Positions 1 to 5,015 of a DNA stretch of 5,015 nt are shown here, piece by piece. This DNA comes from Ascoidea asiatica JCM 7603. Its lineage: Eukaryota; Fungi; Ascomycota. The stretch is from the NCBI GenBank assembly GCA_001600695.1, contig BCKQ01000022.1, positions 187,527-192,541 on the forward strand, given 5' to 3'. Under the pieces are notes generated by a model. That model ran no database searches, had not been told where the DNA came from, and worked only from the letters and a program-made list of their open reading frames with translations. The position numbers and the translations under genes are program-made. Each line of letters opens with the position of its first letter. The stretch's first letter is position 1.

Positions 1-40
1 ATGGACTTTATAAATTTGAAATTAAATATTTAGGTAAAAA

Positions 41-77
41 TATATTATAATATATTATAATATATTATAATATATTA
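41..77. repeat. 10-bp tandem repeat (TATATTATAA), ~3.7 copies, immediately 3' of the CDS1 stop
   Basis: Exact copies at 41-50, 51-60 and 61-70, partial copy at 71-77. Confidence 0.9.
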
Positions 78-1397
78 CTAAGTATTAAATTGAAAATTAA
101 AATCATTAAAAGTATTTTCAATATCATCAATTTCATTAATTATAACTTCTAAACATTTATCAAATCTTTCACAATTATAATCATTTAATTGATCAATTTG
201 ATCTTTTGTTGAAGTTATATCAATTTCCCAAAAATCCATAAATTCATTAATATAATTTATAACTAAATCAGTATCAATAATATTTAAATTAAAACTTTCT
301 TCTAAATCAGTATTTGAAATTATATAATTTGGAAAATTATAATTTATCATATTTAAATTTAATAAAAAATTTTGATCATTTATTATATTATTATAATCAT
401 TATAATCAATTTGATAATTAAAACCACTTGGTTTATTTTCATTATTATTTTCATTATTATTATTTATATTAAATAAACTATTTTTACTAAATATTATTAA
501 TAAATAAGATTTTAAATCTTTATTAATTTCATTAATTAAAGAATTATAAAAATTTAAAGATAAATAAACATCTCTTAAATTCATACTTCTTTTAATTTCA
601 ATACTTTCATTATCACTATTATCAATTTCATCTTTATCATCGTCATTATCATTATCTTTATCATTGTTATTGTCATTGTCATTGTTATTGTTATTGTTAT
701 TGTTATTGTTGATTTCATTATTGTTATCAATTTTAACTATATGATTTGATTCAATAATTATTTGATCTGAGTTTTTAATATTACTGTTACTTTTTTTATT
801 ATTAAGTAAAATTGATTTAATTTTAATATAATTTGGATTTAATTTTGAAGGTAATTTTTTACCTAAGATTGTATTTTCATTAATTGGTACTTCATACCAA
901 CCTTGAGTTAAAATTTGAATTAATTTTTTTTGAGTTTTTATTAAAATATTTAAAATATTTGATTTTGAATTATCTTTAATTGAGGAATGATATAATTTTG
1001 CTAAATTGATATTAATATTTGAAGAATTATTTGAATAATAATTATTTTGAATTTGATTTTGATTATTATTATTATTATTGTTATTATTATTATTATTATT
1101 ATTAAGTTGATTATCTTCATGTTCATCACCATCTTCATTTGTATCATCATTGAAGTAATAGTGATGAGTATTTTTATTGATTGAAGATGAATTTGAATTT
1201 GAAGGTGGTTCTGAAGTTGTTTCACTTTGTAAAGCATTCATTCTTTGATTGTTATTTGAATTAATGATATTATTTGAATTATTTATATTATTTATATTAT
1301 TTATATTATTTGTATCAGAATCAGAATCTGAATCTGAAGAAGGTTCTATAATTTGATTAAAATTTATTGGTTTTAATGGAGTAAACATTAAAGTCAT
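78..1397 (-). CDS. Hypothetical Asn-rich protein (439 aa) with poly-Asn/acidic low-complexity tracts and probably helical central and C-terminal segments; family not recognised
   Basis: 1320-nt uninterrupted ORF in very AT-rich DNA. Start context AAAATG (A at -3), with an in-frame TAA upstream at 1449-1451. TAG stop at 78-80. AT-ending codons. Non-repetitive blocks such as ILTQGWYEVP, LRDVYLSLNFYNSL and EFMDFWEIDI look like folded sequence. Confidence 0.85.
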   Translation of the reverse strand: MTLMFTPLKPINFNQIIEPSSDSDSDSDTNNINNINNINNSNNIINSNNNQRMNALQSETTSEPPSNSNSSSINKNTHHYYFNDDTNEDGDEHEDNQLNNNNNNNNNNNNNNQNQIQNNYYSNNSSNININLAKLYHSSIKDNSKSNILNILIKTQKKLIQILTQGWYEVPINENTILGKKLPSKLNPNYIKIKSILLNNKKSNSNIKNSDQIIIESNHIVKIDNNNEINNNNNNNNNNDNDNNNDKDNDNDDDKDEIDNSDNESIEIKRSMNLRDVYLSLNFYNSLINEINKDLKSYLLIIFSKNSLFNINNNNENNNENKPSGFNYQIDYNDYNNIINDQNFLLNLNMINYNFPNYIISNTDLEESFNLNIIDTDLVINYINEFMDFWEIDITSTKDQIDQLNDYNCERFDKCLEVIINEIDDIENTFNDFNFQFNT

Positions 1398-1593
1398 TTT
1401 AATATAATAATAAATAGAATAGAAAGTAATAATAAGAGGAGATTTAAATTAAAAGATAATATAATAAAAGAAAGTTGAATGAAATGGGTAAAAGAAGGTA
1501 ATTGAAGAATAACTTATTATGAGATTTGTTTATTGATTGATTTAATGATTGATTGATTGATTGAATGGATGAGGATTTTGGTATGAGTTAAAA

Positions 1594-1655
1594 AAGAAGT
1601 GTAATAAGAAGTGTAATAAGAAGTGTAATAAGTAAATGTAATAAGTAAATGTAAT
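1594..1655. repeat. Compound tandem repeat (AAGAAGTGTAAT)x3 + (AAGTAAATGTAAT)x2
   Basis: 12-bp units at 1594, 1606 and 1618; 13-bp variants at 1630 and 1643. Confidence 0.9.
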
Positions 1656-1820
1656 AATAAATAATAAATAATGAATAATAAATCGAGAAGAGTAAGTGAA
1701 TAAGAATAGATAAATATGAATGGATGAATATGAATGAATATGAAAGTAAATATATTTAGTTAAATAAGAGAATGATAATTGTTTTAATTTGACTTGAATT
1801 TAATTGATGTTTGATATTGA

Positions 1821-1860
1821 ATATTAAATATTAAATATTAAATATTAAATATTAAATATT
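1821..1860. repeat. 7-bp tandem repeat (ATATTAA), ~5.7 copies
   Basis: Read directly from the sequence. Confidence 0.9.
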
Positions 1861-2026
1861 TATTTACTTTTTTGATATTTAATAAGAGTTAAAAGTGAAA
1901 TGGTATAAATAATTGAATAATTGAATAAATTAAATTTATAGATTGATAAGTGAATAAAAAGTAACTCTTTTTTGGGAAAGATTTGTTAATAAAATAAAAT
2001 AATAATTAATTTTCTCAAATAGAGTA

Positions 2027-2071
2027 AATTTAATGAATTTAATGAATTTAATGAATTTAATGAACTTGATG
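2027..2071. repeat. 9-bp tandem repeat (AATTTAATG)x4 plus one degenerate copy
   Basis: Exact copies at 2027, 2036, 2045 and 2054; AACTTGATG at 2063. Confidence 0.9.
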
Positions 2072-2164
2072 AATTTTATATTTTATATTTATTTGAATTA
2101 TAAATTAAAATGAGAATACAACAGAGTTAAATGAGATAAAATAAAATATAATAAAGTAAAACAG

Positions 2165-2196
2165 AATGAAATAATGAAATAATGAAATAATGAAAT
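2165..2196. repeat. 8-bp tandem repeat (AATGAAAT)x4
   Basis: Read directly from the sequence. Confidence 0.9.
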
Positions 2197-2226
2197 AAAA
2201 TATAATGAAATAAACATTTATTTTCA

Positions 2227-2637
2227 ATGTCAGTACTGAACTGTTTTCTCAATACAAATACAAGTCAGTTGCTGATATTTCTTCACCTCCAGGAAACTGT
2301 TCACAGCTCAACACTCGAATTCAAATCCACAGCAAAAACAGCAGAAACTGCAGAAGTTGCTGGAGTTGTTGCTAATGGAGTTGTTGCTTCTGCTTCTGCT
2401 GCTTCTGCTGCTTCTGTTGCTTCTGCTGCCTCTGCTGCTTCTGCTGCCTCGCCAAACTCTCCAAACTCACGTCAACAACGACCAAAACAAGAATCATTGC
2501 GATTTTCCAGTGCGTGCCGAGCGCAGACCCGGGCAGGGAACGACGCCAGGCCTTATCCGGACTGCGCCATCACCGACACGCCACTTCTACCACCAGCCAC
2601 ACCTTTGCCGGATTATTCCTTTTTACCGAGAGGCTGA
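2227..2637 (+). other. Doubtful 136-aa ORF spanning the GC-rich island
   Basis: ATG-initiated and starts at the compositional boundary. However, its GC-rich codon usage is unlike the two clear CDSs, its Ala/Ser core is just the 9-bp repeat, and the other two + frames are also open here. Confidence 0.2.
2386..2450. repeat. GC-rich 9-bp imperfect tandem repeat (GCTTCTGCT)n, about 7 units
   Basis: Read directly. Preceded by the direct repeat TGGAGTTGTTGC at 2361-2372 and 2376-2387. Confidence 0.9.
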
Positions 2638-2761
2638 GAGTATCCACACTGCTGGTTCCGCAGCAATCATTTACAAGCGCTTCCCTGCAGATATTGCAAT
2701 GAACACTAATGGGCCATTCCGCATTAGGTGTCATTACTAATCAATTCATAGGATTTATCCC

Positions 2762-2773
2762 ATTTATATAAAT
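2762..2773. promoter_or_regulatory. Palindromic TATA-box candidate (ATTTATATAAAT; TATATAAA on both strands)
   Basis: Matches the TATAWAWR consensus in both orientations and sits just right of the GC-rich island. AT-richness makes a chance match plausible. Confidence 0.35.
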
Positions 2774-2964
2774 AAGTAATCCCTTGATTATTAGAATTAA
2801 TAGTTTATTTCAATAATCAAGCAATTCGAAATATACAGCTTCAATAAATACTTTTACAATATTAAATATCATCTAGATAGACCTATCCATTACAGATATA
2901 AGCAGATAAAAGAGACCAGAAAATTGGCGTTCCTTTCTGTCAATGTCTGAAAAATATCAAATAA

Positions 2965-2996
2965 TAATCTAATAATCTAATAATCTAATAATCTAA
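2965..2996. repeat. 8-bp tandem repeat (TAATCTAA)x4
   Basis: Read directly from the sequence. Confidence 0.9.
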
Positions 2997-3173
2997 TGGG
3001 TCTTTAAGTAGCACTATTAAAGGAATTTTTGTCTTTTTTAAAGACAGAGTTTTGAGACTGACTATCATATTTTTGTTCCACACGCTTGAATTATAAAATA
3101 AGAGAAAAACATAGAAACATGACAACATATCCGCAAAAGATTTCTATGTCTAACAGAGAAGTTGACAAAGATT

Positions 3174-3262
3174 GACTCCGTGACCAGGCTGGCGAAGGCG
3201 TGAGACTGTTAATTCATTATTAGATAATCTCAAGATGGACACTTCGATCCTGTCCGGGGTCG
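3174..3262 (+). tRNA. tRNA-Asn(GUU) with a 15-nt intron (3212-3226); divergent, possibly a pseudogene
   Basis: Cloverleaf: acceptor GACTCCG/CGGGGTC, D arm ACC...GGC with GG18-19, anticodon stem TGAGA/TCTCA, loop CT-GTT-A[intron]A, T arm GACAC-TTCGATC-CTGTC, discriminator G. Closely resembles the yeast tRNA-Asn as I recall it (GACTCCATGGCCAAGTTGGTTAAGGCGTGCGACTGTTAATCGCAAGATC...GGGGTCG). 74 nt after splicing. Confidence 0.9.
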
Positions 3263-3278
3263 TTTTCTTTTTTTTTTT
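3263..3278 (+). terminator. RNA polymerase III oligo(dT) terminator
   Basis: TTTT-C-T11 immediately after the tRNA discriminator base. Confidence 0.85.
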
Positions 3279-3312
3279 CTTATGTTCTATTTCAATATTA
3301 TTTTCATGATGA

Positions 3313-3315
<3 letters not shown>

Positions 3316-3348
<33 letters not shown>
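3316..3348. repeat. (TAA)11 microsatellite
   Basis: Read directly; lies between the tRNA terminator and the CDS2 3' end. Confidence 0.9.
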
Positions 3349-3459
3349 GTACAGAATTTTATTTATTCGAATAATATAAAAAAAAAAGACAGGAAAGAAG
3401 AAAATAAAATAAAATGTAGAATTGAAAATGAAATTAAAGAAGTTAAAAGTTAAATAAAT

Positions 3460-3469
3460 TATATATATA
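3460..3469 (-). terminator. Yeast-type (TA)5 3'-end efficiency element for CDS2
   Basis: TATATATATA about 35-45 nt downstream of the minus-strand stop codon at 3505, the usual position of yeast TATATA efficiency elements. Confidence 0.45.
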
Positions 3470-3504
3470 CTAGAAATTAAAAATCAAATAATAAAAATAA
3501 TATT

Positions 3505-5015
3505 TCACAAACAAATATTCTCTTTATTCTCTTGATTTTCATTATTTTCATTATTTTCATTATTTTCATCAATAGTATCCGTTGAATTAAATTCTTTAAA
3601 TTTATTCTCTTTTCTACTATTACTTATATTGGCCTTCACATTCATATTCATATTTATATTCATATTCATATTCATATTCATATTCAGATCTAAATTCCCT
3701 ATTTCTGATTCATCACAATACACTTTTTTATCACACATTGATGTTAATAAGGCCTGTGATGCTAACATATCCAATGTATTTGTACTACTACTACTATTAT
3801 TGTTATTGTTATTGTTATCGTTAACGTTAACGTTATTTCCGATACCCGCTCTACTACCTAAATCTGATTTAGATTTCAATTTCACTTTCAATTTAGATTC
3901 TTTTTCATTATCTTCAATACTTTTCTTAGGACTATTCGTTTCACTTATTGAACTTCCTCTTAAATCATTTTCCCATAAATTATTATTTTGACTTTGAGAA
4001 TCTGATGTATTTAATGAAATTGTTCGATTTGGTGATTCAGATTTACATTTTTTTCGAATTTTTTTATCAATTGAAATTTTCAGTTTTCTTTTATTTAAAT
4101 TTTTATAAATTTTATCATTTTCTTCATTTTCTTCATTTTCTTTTTTATCATTCTCTACTTCTTTCACTTCCAATTCTTCCTTTTCTTTTTCTTTTTCTTT
4201 TTCTTTTTCTTTTTCTTTTTCATTCAACCTTTCTATTTGAGTTTTTGTTTGTACTTTAGTTTGCAGTTTTGTTCGCGATCGCGTTTGCTTCAATTTTTGA
4301 CCTTCTTTCTCTTTCTCTTTCTCTTTTTCTTTAACTTGTTGATTTTTAACTCTCGGTTTTCTTTTATATTTATTTTTTGGTTTTTCTTTATTTAATTCAA
4401 TGAAATTTTCATGAATTATAAAATTATCCTTTTGTTTAATATTCATTTTCTCCTTTTCTTTCTTTCTTTCTTTTTCTTTAAAATCATAATAATTAACTTG
4501 ATATTTAAGTTTTTGAATTTCATATTCTTTATCAACTAAAATATTCTTTAATGTTAAATATTTCAATTTATATTTATTTTTCTTATTCATAAGATTCTCA
4601 ATATCTAATCTACAATTCAATTCTTTTTCCTTTTTCATTTCATCTCCTTCTTCTACTTTTTCTTCTACTTTATCAACTTCCTTTTCTTTAACACTACCAT
4701 TACCATTACCATTACCATTACCATTACCATTATCAATATAATTACTTGAATTAAAACTTGTATTAAAACTTAAATTATAATTACTATTTCTATTACCAGT
4801 ATTATTACCAGTACCAATTGATGAATCAATTCTAATACTAGATTGAAATTTTTCCATTTCTCTTTTAATTAATTTATTCTCAATCTCATTTCTTTCATTT
4901 AATTGAATTGAATTAAAACTTAATAATTGTTTTTCTAAATTTATTAAATTCATTGATTTCTCACATTTTTTTAATGCTTTTTTTAATTCTTTAATTAATT
5001 TTATACTTTCCTTAT
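3505..5015 (-). CDS. 5'-truncated hypothetical coiled-coil, Lys/Glu/Asn-rich protein (more than 502 aa), possibly nuclear
   Basis: The supplied ORF 3505-4953 stays open upstream of its ATG to the window edge: 4954-5013 reads KESIKLIKELKKALKKCEKS, so the true start probably lies outside the window. TGA stop at 3505-3507. Heptad-like helical blocks and basic clusters (KYKRKPRVK, KRKLK, KKIRKK). Confidence 0.85.
   Translation of the reverse strand, partial: KESIKLIKELKKALKKCEKSMNLINLEKQLLSFNSIQLNERNEIENKLIKREMEKFQSSIRIDSSIGTGNNTGNRNSNYNLSFNTSFNSSNYIDNGNGNGNGNGNGSVKEKEVDKVEEKVEEGDEMKKEKELNCRLDIENLMNKKNKYKLKYLTLKNILVDKEYEIQKLKYQVNYYDFKEKERKKEKEKMNIKQKDNFIIHENFIELNKEKPKNKYKRKPRVKNQQVKEKEKEKEKEGQKLKQTRSRTKLQTKVQTKTQIERLNEKEKEKEKEKEKEKEELEVKEVENDKKENEENEENDKIYKNLNKRKLKISIDKKIRKKCKSESPNRTISLNTSDSQSQNNNLWENDLRGSSISETNSPKKSIEDNEKESKLKVKLKSKSDLGSRAGIGNNVNVNDNNNNNNNSSSSTNTLDMLASQALLTSMCDKKVYCDESEIGNLDLNMNMNMNMNINMNMNVKANISNSRKENKFKEFNSTDTIDENNENNENNENQENKENICL

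Noticed and set aside
1001-1237. 78-aa minus ORF with poly-Ile
   Set aside because: Alternative-frame reading of the AAT repeats inside CDS1.
1594-2196. CRISPR-like or telomeric array
   Set aside because: Repeats are short, head-to-tail, lack unique spacers and differ in unit from block to block: ordinary slippage repeats.
2241-2470. Minus-strand spliceosomal intron (GTGAGT at 2470, AACTGAC at 2270-2264, CAG at 2243-2241)
   Set aside because: The branch site is a poor match to yeast TACTAAC, an earlier AG intervenes, and splicing yields no credible ORF.
2616-2628. U5 snRNA loop I-like TCCTTTTTACC
   Set aside because: The invariant loop is GCCUUUUAC. This has T for G and five T's, and no flanking U5 stem.
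2558-2628. Gal4 sites (CGG-N11-CCG)
   Set aside because: Spacings are N12 (2558-2575) and N14 (2609-2628).
2514-2702. 62-aa + ORF
   Set aside because: GTG start, short, and in GC-rich stop-poor sequence.
2357-2740. 127-aa + ORF with poly-Leu (signal-peptide-like)
   Set aside because: Annotated start is TTG. The Leu run is the 9-bp repeat read as CTT/CTG, unlike the TTA-dominated Leu usage of the real genes.
2228-3167. Solo LTR upstream of the tRNA (TGTCA at 2228, 2729 and 2938; TGACA ending at 3124 and 3167; 6-bp inverted pairs 2938/3167 and 2729/3124)
   Set aside because: No pairing has a matching 4-5-bp target-site duplication, and such short motifs are expected by chance. It would need a multi-copy blastn hit.
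3306-3312. C box ATGATGA of a C/D snoRNA after the tRNA
   Set aside because: No D box (CTGA) within plausible distance; followed by a plain TAA microsatellite.
3629-4259. Two + strand ORFs (120 aa and 103 aa) with FI/FL/L runs
   Set aside because: Antisense shadows of the repeat-rich CDS2.
4546-4575. KYKLKYLTLK resembling the KYLKYKxKYLxLK motif of giant-virus proteins
   Set aside because: Partial match, internal to a coiled-coil in a Lys-rich AT-biased gene, with no other viral signal.

Overview
Very AT-rich eukaryotic DNA, most likely a budding yeast (Saccharomycotina). This is inferred from the yeast-type tRNA-Asn, intron-less genes and Asn/Lys/Glu-rich low-complexity proteins. Layout: (1) a complete minus-strand CDS of unknown function (78-1397); (2) an ~820-nt microsatellite-rich spacer with extreme G/C strand skew and no minus-strand ATG; (3) a GC-rich island (~2227-2740) with an inverted 9-bp repeat hairpin, many CCG/CGG triplets and an adjacent palindromic TATA box, but no convincing CDS; (4) an intron-containing tRNA-Asn(GUU) gene (3174-3262, +) with substitutions at several near-invariant A-box/B-box/tertiary positions and an intact Pol III terminator; (5) the 3' part of a minus-strand coiled-coil protein gene open to the window edge (3505 to beyond 5015). 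I see no clear novel multi-gene system. The aberrant tRNA and the GC-rich island with the long leader are the best leads.
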